A stretch of 63,001 nucleotides of DNA, filler included, from Choristocarpus tenellus KU-1152 (lineage: Eukaryota; Protista; Phaeophyceae), in NCBI GenBank assembly GCA_964200185.2. It is 9 parts of 9 records of this genome, joined end to end, with 100 filler letters (N's around TTAATTAATTAA, not from the genome) between each part and the next. Parts side by side here need not be neighbours in the genome. Positions count along the whole stretch, not along the records: positions 40,655 to 50,318 come from CAXNAD020003492.1; positions 50,419 to 56,534 come from CAXNAD020008900.1; 7 more parts are not named here. One strand, 5' to 3'. The first letter of the stretch is position 1. Each line of letters starts with the position of its first letter. Made by a program: the position numbers and the translations under genes. The notes under the pieces are model-generated. The model did no database searches. It was not told the origin of the DNA and saw only the letters and a list, made by a program, of their open reading frames with translations. Shown here in pieces: positions 40,655 to 52,400 of the stretch.

Positions 40655-41545
40655 CAAGTGACATCTGTGTTAGCGGGTGGATAGCGTAGTGAGAAAAATG
40701 GCATGCACCTGCCTGTCTCCTACGTGCCTCCCGGGGATACGTGTAAATGAAGCTCAGTATCACCACAGCTTTGGTACATCAACTCATCTATTGGGGAGTG
40801 TTGTGGGGATAGTGTCAAGGGTGGGTTACACTCATCATCCCTTACTATCACATCTTGTTCAACAACTTGCCTCCAAGGTGCTTGGATAACCAGACAAAAA
40901 TGGACTTTCAATATTTGTTATATGCGCATTTGTTAACAGAAGTAAAATATTATACCCGTGGTACGTAATATTTTGAATATAAAATATATGCATGCTTCTC
41001 ACAGGTGGAATCACTCTGTGTTATTGTCTCCGGATAAGAGCAATCTTTCTACTCCACGATTCTAAATTCGTCTAATAGATCAGCTCTAAATATCACCTCA
41101 GTCCAAGTGAACTCTGTGTTAACGGGTGTAGAGCGTAGAGAGAAAAATGGCGTGGATCAGCCTGTCTCCTACATGAGTCCCGCGGTCTGAGTCGATGAAG
41201 CTCAGTATCACCACAGCTTTGGTACATCAAGTCATCCGTTGGGGAGTGTTGTGGGATTGTGTTAAGGGTAGTTGGAAGACTCACTATCCCTTACTATCAC
41301 CTCCTCTTCAACAACTTGCCTCCAAGGTGCTTGGACAACCAGTAAGTTGGACTGTTAATTTTTTTATATATATGTGCACAGTTTGTTTACAAATAATGAA
41401 GTAAAATATTATACCCGAGGTAAATAATATTTTTGAACGGTATGCATGTTTCTCACAGATAGGTCCAACCCGTGTTTGTTTCCGGATTAGAGCAGTCTTT
41501 CTACTTTGCGAGACTCAAGTCGCTAACTAGATCAGCTCTGACACT
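40655..41545. repeat. Two tandem ~450-bp units downstream of the Gypsy pol
   Basis: gagaaaaatggc at about 40691 and 41140; tgaagctcagtatcaccacagctttggtacatcaa and caacttgcctccaaggtgcttgga occur in both units. Confidence 0.9.
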
Positions 41546-41809
41546 ACCACCTGGACTGAGCCATGGTATGGTCTTCAAGAATCTATCGGCGTCGCTTCCG
41601 CCATCTTGGTAGTGAAAAGGATTATCTTCCCTATCTGTGGAATCTGGTGGCAACTCACCAGGCCGGCAGCCCACTAGTATCGAGGCATTCATCGCACTTT
41701 CCGGTTTGGTTGCTATTAGGTGGGCGTCCGGTTGGCGGTAACACACATACTCCGGCTGTTGTAGTGGTAGGTGTCTTTTGATTATGACAAGTCGCTCGGT
41801 CAATGGCTC

Positions 41810-44800
41810 TTACATTAGGGAGTCCAACTTGTTCTCATCCCTATAGGCTGCGATCATCTCTGCACATTCAGGTATTTCAGCGAGTTTGCGCCATACATCA
41901 CTGACCGGTGAATATCCTTGAAGGCAAAGTTGGTACAAACAATTGCGGGTGGATTTTCTTCCTACCCCACGTTTATGATCAACAATGCCCTCTAGGTTGT
42001 AAGATTCAATAGTTGGCTGTGTCTTTGACCCCTGATCAAGGTCCGGTTCAGGTAAGATCCGGCCTAAAAAGAGTGAATTCAGGGCATCTATATCTGGTTC
42101 TGTGGCTCTACCCTCCTTGTAAGGTTTAAGTCTGGCCAAATGGACTGTCACTTCCCGTTGGTCTTCCAAACGTTTTACACGATATACAATAGGTGTTATA
42201 CGTGCCTTCACTTCATAAGATCCTCTCCATCGGGACAACAACTTAGGGTTTGGTGCATCAGCTGACGTATGTGGTTTGTGAAGCCAACACTTTATCTCTG
42301 GGTTCGTATAGTGGGAGTTTATGGTTCACATTATTTGATTCATTCCTTAAAACCATCTCACCAATAATACGCCGGACTCATTCATAGGCTAGCTATAAAT
42401 TCTTCATTGTTTTCATATCGTATTCTTGTGCAGTTATGGGGGTGGCCTCAGGGACCCCCAAATTAAGATCAATTGGTAAAAATGGGCGCCTCCCAAACAT
42501 GAGAAAAAATGTGGTTTCTTGAACAGTGGAATTATAGGCTGTATAGTGTGCTAGCTGGACAAAAGACAGTAATGAGGCCCAGTCAGATTGGTCCATATTT
42601 GAATACATGGCCAGCATAAAATGCATTGTGGAATGAATACGTTCACATATACTATTGCCTTGCGGTCGATATGCTGTTGTCTTGGTTTCATGATATCCAT
42701 ACACTTTACGCAACTCAGCCAGGAGTTTATTCTCAAATTCTTTCCCTTGGTCAGAGTGGAGTGTTTCAGGAGGACCAAAGATGGAAAAAATACGGTCGAC
42801 AAGAGCTTTAGCCACGGTTTTTTCTTGGTTATTTGCAATACCAACCAAGATTGCGAATCTTGTAAGATGGTCTACAGCGAATAGCAAATAGTTCACACCG
42901 TCTGACATGGTCTTTTATTTAACTAGTTCAATATCAAGTCGTTGAAATGGATGCGTGACAGGCATATGTCCTGTTGGTAATGGGGTTAGAGTGTGCAAGG
43001 TCTTACGCTATTGACAGGACTGGCAAGATTCACACCACTCCCTCACGTCTTTGCGTAAGGTTGGCCACCAAAATCTATCGCGAACCCGGTCAAAGGCGTG
43101 CTTGAAAGCAAGATGGCCGGCAACTTTATGGTCATGTAGGGCATGTAAAATTAAACCCTGAACCTCTGTTGGGGCTACTAACTTATCTCGAAATTCTCTG
43201 TTTTTTCGAAGGTGACCAAGTTGATACGACCGGTAGAGTAAAAGTCTATTTTCTCGTTCTTGAGCGAAAAAATATGATATGGTGTAGGCCGTTTCCTTAC
43301 TGGGTAATGCTATATTGCTGGGGTCTGCCAGGTATTGAAAATAAGCTTCATACTGTTCATGTTGGGCCTTGGCTAGGACTTCCGTATCAATTACAGGAAA
43401 CACATTGATGGAGCTTGCAAAGAGCTCAGAGTCATTTGTCACTTTAGTAATTTCACCTAGCCGATCCACAGACAATTCATAGGCAGGGTATACCTTACTT
43501 GCTTGAGAACTTGCATCAGTGGTTTTAGTACCCATATTTCGACATATAGGACTTAGGGGTGCTGGTTCAGACTAATGTTTACAAAATTCTTCCAGTTGAG
43601 GACGTGACAACATATCTGGGATGTAATAATAATCTGCCAGGCTTATGAAGGACGGTAAAATCAAAACTTTGCAAAGCTAAGGCCCATCGAGTTAACAGAT
43701 TGGACGTATCTTGCATCGTATGCAGCCACCGTAAGGCTGAGTGATCAGTGATAACTGTGGAATGTTTACCCCAAATATATGGTCTCCAATGTTGGATTGC
43801 CAGAATAACTGCAAGGTACTCTTTTTGTGTGGCAGAATATTTACGTTGGGAGGGGGAAAGTAAGGCACTATGGTATGCAATTATATCAAAGTTGCCATAT
43901 TCATTTTTATGTGCTAAAAACGCGCCTGTCCCAACATTACTGGCATCTACATGAATAAAAAAATCCTTAGAAAAATCAGGAAAGTGTAGCACTGGACCTG
44001 TTGATAACAGTCGTTTGCATTCGTCAAAAGCAGTCTTCTGTGGTCGATTCCATCTAGATGAGATATCCTTGGGGCTTTCTTTGCTCGTTTTACTGAGGTG
44101 GTCTCTATTGTGTGACTTTATTTTATGTGTATGGCGAATCAATTCAACCAACGGTTCTGTTGCTGTTGCTAGGTGGGGAATATACTTCCTAACAAAGTTC
44201 ATCGAACCTAAAAACGATTGTAAGCCTTTCACAGTTTGAGGAGGATGCATGTCTAATATAGCTTCAACACGAGCTTGGGATACAGCAATTCCTTGTGGGC
44301 TAACGTCATGTACCAAATAATGGATTTGTTTTGAGCCAAATTGAGCCTTGGACGGCTTTAACGTAATCCCTACATCTTCTAACAGTGACAAAACTGTAGT
44401 GATCAACTCTTTATGGTGTGTCCATGATGGAGAGGCCAAAACGATATCGTCGAAATATATCAACAGCCCTGAGCTAGGACCGACACTGGAAAGGGTTTCA
44501 GACATAAAGCGTTGGAAGATCCACGGTGCATTTTGTACTCCAAATGGTAACCTCTGAAACTCATATTTCCCGTCCGGCGTGATGAAGGCAGTTTCTTGTC
44601 GTTCGTATTCATCAGTGATCTGTAGTTGCCAGTAGGCTGATTGAATATCTAAACAATATAAATATTTTGAACCCCCCAACGAGGATAAGCACTCATCCAT
44701 GGATGGCAAAGGCCATGAATTACGTATCAAATGTTTATTTATGGTTCCTCTAAAATCCGCACAGAATCGAGGTGATCCATCTGGTTTGGCAACAATGGTA

Positions 44801-45750
44801 ACAGGGAATGTCCATGGGCTAGATGAGGGTTTTATAATATCCTGTTTCTCCATATCAGTTACACATTGTCGAATAGTGTCGCGTATGTTTGGTGCCGCGC
44901 GATGTGGTGGTCTACTAACCGGTTTAGTGCCTGGTTGTAGTGGAAAGTTAACAAAAGTAGTGTTACAGCAACCCAATTCTTTTTCGGACAATGAAAAGAC
45001 TGGTCTGAATTTAGCCACTATATCTAGTAATACCTCTTGTTCAGACCGTGTTAGTTGAGTATTTGTAAAAGTCCTCTTAGAAAAAAACAACTTCAATTCC
45101 TCCCTAGCCTGTTTCAGTTCTTCAGGGGTAGATAGTGTGGCTGCAACTGCACTTACTGTGGTGTCTGACAAGATATATGTGTTTGATACAGGGGAAACAT
45201 GACCAACTACAAACTGTGCTGGTAACTTGATCCCTTTTTGTGACAAATTGGCAATTTTGACTAGACATCCTTCATCTTCTTCCCAAACAGTGAGGGTTCG
45301 ACTGACCATTATGTGTTGCCAGTGGGGGTGTATGTCGTCCTCATGCTGGAGGTCTGCACCTGTGTAAATGATAGGTACCATCACTGTATCGGTAGCTGTT
45401 CCTCGAAGTGCCTGAGAACAAACTGGAACAAGCGTTTCCGTGCCAGGGGGAAAGAATATATTTTTTACTGTGTGCACTGGTGTAGTAAATCCAGATGTGA
45501 TTACTGAAATTGAAACATGAGATGCATTTTCAGTCTGGCTAAAATCTTTTGGGGGGGAACAGATGGGAAGGGGTACGATTTTTTGTTTTGCTGGGATGCA
45601 TTGATCACTGTCTTTAAACGAAATCTCCTCCCTATCACAATCTAGCACTGCCCCAAATGCCGACATAATGCTGTTATCCAACAAATTTTTATCTACTCCC
45701 AGATTAGGTATGACCACTGCTTGGACAGGCATTGATATGTCACCAAGTTC
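41810..45750 (-). mobile_element. Ty3/Gypsy LTR retrotransposon pol (PR-RT-RNaseH-INT-chromodomain), frameshifted
   Basis: RT motifs LDIQSAYWQ, LPFGVQNAP, YFDD; RNase H VDASNVGTGA; integrase H..GH...C..CQ, VDHLTRF, HSDQGKEF; C-terminal YNLEGIVDHK...Y.L..QGYS...DVW. The pol is split over four ORFs. Confidence 0.97.
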
Positions 45751-45757
45751 TAACGGT

Positions 45758-46035
45758 GAGTCGTCTGTCCAGCCACACAATGGCTTGTGGATGTTTTTCT
45801 TGGGGTGTGTACTATACATAAGAGTGAATAAATCGTAATGAGTGTAATTTACAAAAGTTACAGTACGGAGCAAGCACCACATCTACACCACCCCTCCACA
45901 GTATACCAGTGTCATATGTATAGAGTACTGTAACTTGGGTAAAATTACACTCACTACGATGTATTCACTCCCATGTATAGTACACCTTCCCAAGAACAGC
46001 ATCTGCAAGCCGTTGGATGGCTGGACAGATGACTC
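45758..46035. mobile_element. Foldback/MITE with ~110-bp inverted arms
   Basis: 45758-45866 vs 45925-46035 (gagtcgtctgtccagcc...ggctggacagatgactc). The ORF track shows KPLCGWTDDS and KPLDGWTDDS on opposite strands. Confidence 0.88.
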
Positions 46036-46315
46036 GACAGTTCAAATCATATTAACGTTCAAAACCATTCTCCCTCCTATGCCCTGCCCTAGGTATTCAA
46101 TTGCACTCTACAAGGATATTATACACTACTACAATATCAAAAACGCCCTGCGGAACAAATGCAGCTGCACTGCCATGTTCCCCCCATCGCATGTGTTACA
46201 GCACACCCCAGAAGCTTACCTCTACAGGACGTATAGCTCCAATCTACAGGTCTATAGATGACGCTGGTGCACGTAAAGGACTCCTGATGCACAAGTCGTG
46301 AAGTATGCTGGATCT

Positions 46316-46570
46316 GAGTCAAAGTATCTTAGAGGGTAGAGCCGCGTCCATTTTGTGGTCAAAATCCAATGTTGCGATTTTGATGAAATTTTGTCTATGG
46401 ATTTGTTAGGAAGTGTCAATATCCTTGTTCCAGACACACGTTTTTATAACGTACACATTTTACCCCCTCGGAACGATTTCGGAATAGGAAAATGTCATAA
46501 AAAATATTTGGGAACCAAGCCCCAAACAAACAAAAAGGGCAAACCTCGTACCCTCTAACATAATTTCATC
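46316..46570 (+). mobile_element. MITE copy, same family
   Basis: GAGTCAAAGTATCTTAGAGGGTAGAGCCGCG...CTCGTACCCTCTAACATAATTTCA. Confidence 0.9.
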
Positions 46571-46809
46571 TCTCTCTTGGATTATTCCCTTCATAAGTAT
46601 CATCAAAATCATTAGATCAAAGGAACTGGCAACGATGTACTACCAGAAAGGATGATAATAACTAAATAATGAATAAATAGTCAAGAAATACAAATATCTC
46701 AAATCTAGAAATTCAAGTTCATAATGGTGTTTATGAAACCGTCATCAAGACATATCGCCTGTAACACATGAACTGTGTACAACAACTTACTTGCTATTAT
46801 ACAAATCGT

Positions 46810-48200
46810 GACTGCCAAAAAAATCAGGAATGCCCGCTTGTTTGATTGCCCTTGCCCCAATTGCGCTGAGCTAAGCCTGCTTTGCTTTCTGGAGATAAAT
46901 TACTACGAAACATCGTTCATGCTCGACTCTTCGGCGGTTGTTTCTAAGCTTGCAAACTCGTCAACTACTTGAGAGTACGGCGGTGGAGGAATCGAGAACA
47001 CTCAAGAGGCTGCTCCTTTCCTTACGGCCCCCAATATGCTGCCCCCTCCCATAAACCCATTATCATCCTCATCACCTGAGCTTTCATTTTCTGAATGGTA
47101 CAAGGATTCCTCGAGAGCAGCTGGTCTTCATCTCCTCTAGTGTCGCATTGGCCACTTCAGCGTTGTCTTCCACACTGACCCAGAGCCAAAGTATCTTAGA
47201 GGGTAGAGCCGCGTCCATTTGGGGGTCAAAATACAATGTTGTAATTTTGATGTAATTTTGGCTATCATGTTTATTAGGAGATGTCAATATCCTTGGACAC
47301 ACCTTTTCATAATGTGTCATTTTATCTACTCCGAAACATTTTGGAGTATGTAAAATGTCATTAAAAAACCGTGGAAAGCCACTCCCCAAATGGACAAACA
47401 GGGAAAATCTCGTAACCTCCAAGATATTTTCACTCCCCACACTCTCGCTGTGTTGATGGAAACCTGAGACGGTTTTGCACCAAGTTTGAGGTGCAGAGCG
47501 CCAAGAGCATCGGAGAGACCCTCGATTCATTCATAGGGATACCTTATGGGACGTACCTCTACGAGCAAAATGGCCACCCATGATACTAGTACAGATATTA
47601 CAGTACGACAGAAACGTGCGCAAAATACAAAATAACTAATCATGATCCTCCTCGACAGACAGCGCAGAAAGGCAATTCAATCGCGATCACAAGCCACCTA
47701 CTTTCAGACTTTCAATCCACGCGCTAACATACCTCGACATATTTGGCACCCCTCATAGACTTGGCGTCAGGCTTCAGCGTCTACACTTTCTCCATGATGG
47801 TTGTTGCCTCCTTCAACTTGTAGAGAGGGTGCTGTGACCGATTCCAAGCTTTTGAACAACCACAGTTCCCATCATGGTCTTCAGGAGTGTCGATGCTTCC
47901 ACTTTCTCTGCAAGGCTCAAGAGCTTACGATTATCGGCACCGCGAGGCTAGTAGGACGCCACTCTCTCCGTAGATATATCATCTTCCCCTTGCCCTTGTT
48001 CTTCTTATCATGGCTCTTTGACGCCGTGTTGTCACCAGCTGGAGGACTTGCAGCCTTGCACTTGGTGGGTCTCACGCACAATTTGCACACGCATTTCATT
48101 TCGCTGGCTCTAAGGGATCCACGAAACTGCAAATGCCATGAAGATAGTCGCTACAAACGCGACATTTATGGCATGTATAGTGTGGCGGACGAGGAGTATT
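46810..48200 (-). mobile_element. Degenerate pogo/Tigger-like transposase (Zn finger, CENP-B-type HTH, C-terminal tail; DDE core not seen)
   Basis: HKCRVCSDYLHGIC..DP...KCVCKLC; RKLLSLAEKVE...KLGIGHSTL (HTH_psq-like); PPPPYSQVVDEFASLETTAEES...LQKAKQA...KQAGIPDFF tail. Stops and frameshifts are present. Confidence 0.7.
47183..47435 (+). mobile_element. MITE copy with perfect 4-bp TSD (CCCA), nested in the pogo remnant
   Basis: ccca|GAGCCAAAGTATCTTAGAGGGTA...AAGATATTTTCACTC|ccca. Confidence 0.93.
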
Positions 48201-48679
48201 ATCCTTTATATTGCACTTGGATCTCACTGTGCATGGCATCGTTATATCTGTACAATGCAGTCGTCTAGACTTGACGTGATGGGATAGTTTATGAAGTATT
48301 CTGAGTTTTGTGGGCGGAAGAAGTTCGGTTGGAGGGGGGCACAAGGGAAGGGAGAGGACAAGGAGGAAAACGAAAATAAGCAAGAGGGGAGAGAAGTTAA
48401 AGAATGAAGGTAGTAGATTGAGGCACAAGGGAAGAAGGAATGACGTGTATTGAAAATAATACCTTAGGGATAGTAGTACAGGACGAGGAGGGCTAGAATA
48501 AGACAACCTCCAAGCAAGGTTTCACCGTAGCAGATCAAGACAGGATCCGAGCAATTTTCCTACAGTTGAAAGAGAGAAAGTCCCTATGGAAAAGGCGGGG
48601 ATGCTTGACAACCAGATATATAAATGATAGGGAAAAGCTCACAAGGCAAGGGGGATGATGACTGTGTAGATGAAGAACA

Positions 48680-49420
48680 TTGTAGATAGGTGTAGGGTAG
48701 GAATGGGACATGGATGGTGAATTGGGTGTAGACTCAGGCACAATGCAAGGGGTATCCGGGGAAAAATCCATAGAAGAAGAAAAAACGGGCTGATTATGAT
48801 GTTATCGATGTTATGGTGGAATGAAACAGAATAGACTCGTAGGTGATGAATCTGGCCAATTCCGATGGTTGGTAGATGTATGGTGATAGGAATGGGGCAT
48901 GGGTGGTGAATTGGGTGTAGATTCAGACACAATGCAAGGGGTATCCGGGGAAAAATCCACCGAAGAAGAAAAAACGGACTGACTATTATGTTATCGATGT
49001 TATGGTGGAGTGAAACAGGATAGACGCATAAGTGATGAATCGGGCCAATTCCGATGGTTGGTAGATGTATGTTAGGAATGGGACACGGGAGGTGAATTGG
49101 GTGTAGATTCACACACAATGCAAGGGGTATCTGGGGGAAAATTCATAAAAGAAGAAAAAACGAAAGGCAGACCGCGATGGTATGGTGGAATGAAACAGGA
49201 CAGACGTGTAAGTGAGTAACTGTCCAATTCTAACGGTTAGTAGATGTATGGTAGGAATGAGACATGGATAGTGTAGTGGGTATAGAGAAAGACACAATGC
49301 AAGGGGTAACCGGGGAAATCTATAGAAGAAGAGAAATAACGAAGGACTAACAGCAAGATTATGGTGGGATGAAACAGGATAGACTCATTAAGTGATGAAT
49401 TGGGCGATTCCGACAGTAGT
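48680..49420. repeat. Four tandem ~180-190-bp units
   Basis: Anchor caatgcaaggggta at 48741, 48930, 49116 and 49295. Confidence 0.92.
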
Positions 49421-52400
49421 GGTCCTGGGAGAGGTAGGAGGAGCACATGTTAATACTGTAGGTTATAGATGCTATGACTTTATAAGTGGATACACACAGC
49501 AGGACGGAAAAGGGTTGAGGGCCTTACCGGAGTTACAGTCTAAGAGGTAGACGAGGACAGTAGTAGAGTGCGCCATTTATGTCACAAGTATGATTGTTCC
49601 ATGGAGACCACGAAAAATAAAAGTTAATGGGTCAGGGTAGGAGTAGTGTGTATGAGACAATCTTGTAGAGTGACTGTAGGTTAGATGTTGCTGGGAATGT
49701 AGAACTGGGGCAGATATCAGGTCTATATCGATTGGTGATAGAGTGCATGGGTAGGGGTTTTTTTCCGCTGCCTGTATAGTTCACCTAAATCCATATGTTA
49801 AGAAATATCAAACAGCGAGGGCTTATTGTAGGATGATGTAGAGGGGATCAATCCGCCAAAGGGTCACGAGTGAAAGGTACAAGGCTAGTTAGTGATGGGA
49901 CATTATTAGGCATAGGCAGCCTGTTAATCAATAGTTATGTAAATATGAGTAGTCATAGAATTTATGGAGCACAGCTGCAAGCGGGGAGATACCATGGTAT
50001 AATAGCAAACAAATAAGACAACCTGTATAAATATTTCAGAGTATTGGACGAGGACACTTTGTGGGTAGGAAGTTTAGGTGGAGTGAACGCCGCGAAATTT
50101 AGATTTGAGGATTAGCAGTAGACGTATGATCGGTGATAGGATTAATAACGAGATGCGATGGTTAAAAGAAATGGAATGGGCGAGATATCATATTTACGAA
50201 AGGTGCGGGATAAGGACACACCAATGTAAAGAGGGGGGGAAGGGGAATGATTAGCCATAGCTCCTGCACCAGAGCCAAAGTATCTTAGAGGGTAGAGACC
50301 CAAAGTATATGGGGTGGGNNNNNNNNNNNNNNNNNNNNNNNNNNNNNNNNNNNNNNNNNNNNTTAATTAATTAANNNNNNNNNNNNNNNNNNNNNNNNNN
50401 NNNNNNNNNNNNNNNNNNCCCCCCCCAGGTAATTTGAGCTTCAGAATCTTGGAGTGTCGTCTCTCTTTGATCACAGTGGTAATGGGTGAGCCCCAATGGT
50501 ATGGTCTTCGTTCAATAATGTCATCGACTGTTTTCAAAATGAACGGAACACTTATCAATGGCATTCCTATCAAGAGGTTCGCAGTATAAGGAGTTAGGTT
50601 AACAGGTAGAGTTCCGGGCTGTGAAGTGGAAAATATGTTCAGCTTATTGTGGAAGTACCCAACTCGGACAGATTCGAGAAAAAAACTGAACGATACTTAC
50701 CACATAATTAATCCAAGATATGGGAAACTTGAGTTGGAATACATTCATGTCGTCAGCAAAAAGACGGCTCAAACTGCATCATTTCATTATGCTCTGGAAC
50801 AGTTAGACAAAAAGAAGTGATGTGTTAGATAGAGAACTAACATGATTAGCAACCTTCGGTGATGCAATGTGAACTTTTAAAATATTACCCTGTAGTTCAC
50901 TCGCTTTAACTTCATCATCATCCCATAGAAGGGTTAGCAAGTTGAACAGTCCACGAACAATCAGCGGCATTTCACATGGTATGTGTGGCTGTTACTGCTG
51001 CAAGATGCTTCCACCGATCCAACCTAGAGAGAGGGCTAACGTTTGCTGAGCTTTCTCAAATCAATTATGATTCCCGCTCGCAGGTTCGAAAACTGCCGCT
51101 ATAGCCAAATGACAAAGGCGGATTGTGTATCTTGAGTGCAGGGGGCGAGGAGAACCGCCAAAGGGCAGTCGAAAAAGTCGCAGAAGAGTAACAAAGGTTA
51201 AACTTAACTTTGTAATATAACAATAAGATGTCCATGAAGGAAGCGTATGTAATACAAAGGAGCTGAAAGGTATTCTTTGCCATTGTCGGAAAAAGCAGAC
51301 TGAACCACATCATTAATGAAAGCACTGGATAGAGAGTGGAAAGACTCTTCTTGCGAGCAACCTGGAGTAACGATGTGGGATCTCCGATAATGGATCCCAG
51401 GAAGCGGTGATGCCATAGGACATGATGTTGATGTACTGTGAAACAGTTGGTAGTTAAACAATAAAGCAGAAGTTGTAGAAAGACCCATACAGATATGGTT
51501 CCAATAACAATAGAACCTATTATAGACGAAGAAAAACAAGGGGCGAGTAGCGAAAGATAACTGAAAAAATGATGAAAACGTTTAAGGACTACGAAGAGAA
51601 CCCGCCCACGTGTAAGGTGTGTTAATAGTAATAATGTAGTACGTATCACCCACAAAACTTGAGTCATACGAGGTCCATCAAACCTGGAAGGCATCATTAA
51701 TTACATGTCACACAAAGAAATAAAAGGAAACGGAAAAAGAGGGACCCGAGAAAATGAACTCAAGAAGATAATTACGTACAACAACGAGAAATCAGTGAGT
51801 AGATAGTGAGCGGTGATGGTGGTGGTGGTTGCTTTGGCTGCCTTCTTGCTTAGTTCCTGCTGTAGCAAGATGTTCGTCCGTCAGCTATCACTGGAATGTC
51901 ACCCTGCCATGAAGCTCATTGTGTTACCAAACATACATTCATACCACCCCTGTTCGCTGGTTCCCCTTGTGCCTAATCCCTCAACCGAGTCAAAGTAAAC
52001 GAGTGATATCCAGAATTGCATTTTGAGGATGCTCACAAATATGTACAAAATTCGTGTTTTTTTCCCGATGTCTACAATAATAGGGTATTTTCTGTATTAT
52101 TTCGGAAAAGTTTAAAAAAACAGAGAAATAAACGCTCCCAATTCAAACCTGGAACTTCATCCGCCCAGTCTTCACGCAACAACAAGCCCTTCATTTATCT
52201 TCTTCTTTGGAACAATGCGTGATTGGTGTGTTCCATTTTCAAGATCCTATGCGACAATGTGGGAGGAAGTTGTGATTGGAGAAAGATTCATATAGAATAG
52301 ATAACGACATGTGGTACAACCGTATAATAACAGAATCTGAAGTACTTCAACCTTCACCATTTGGATATTAAGATCATTTAAGTGGTACGCACAATGTCAC

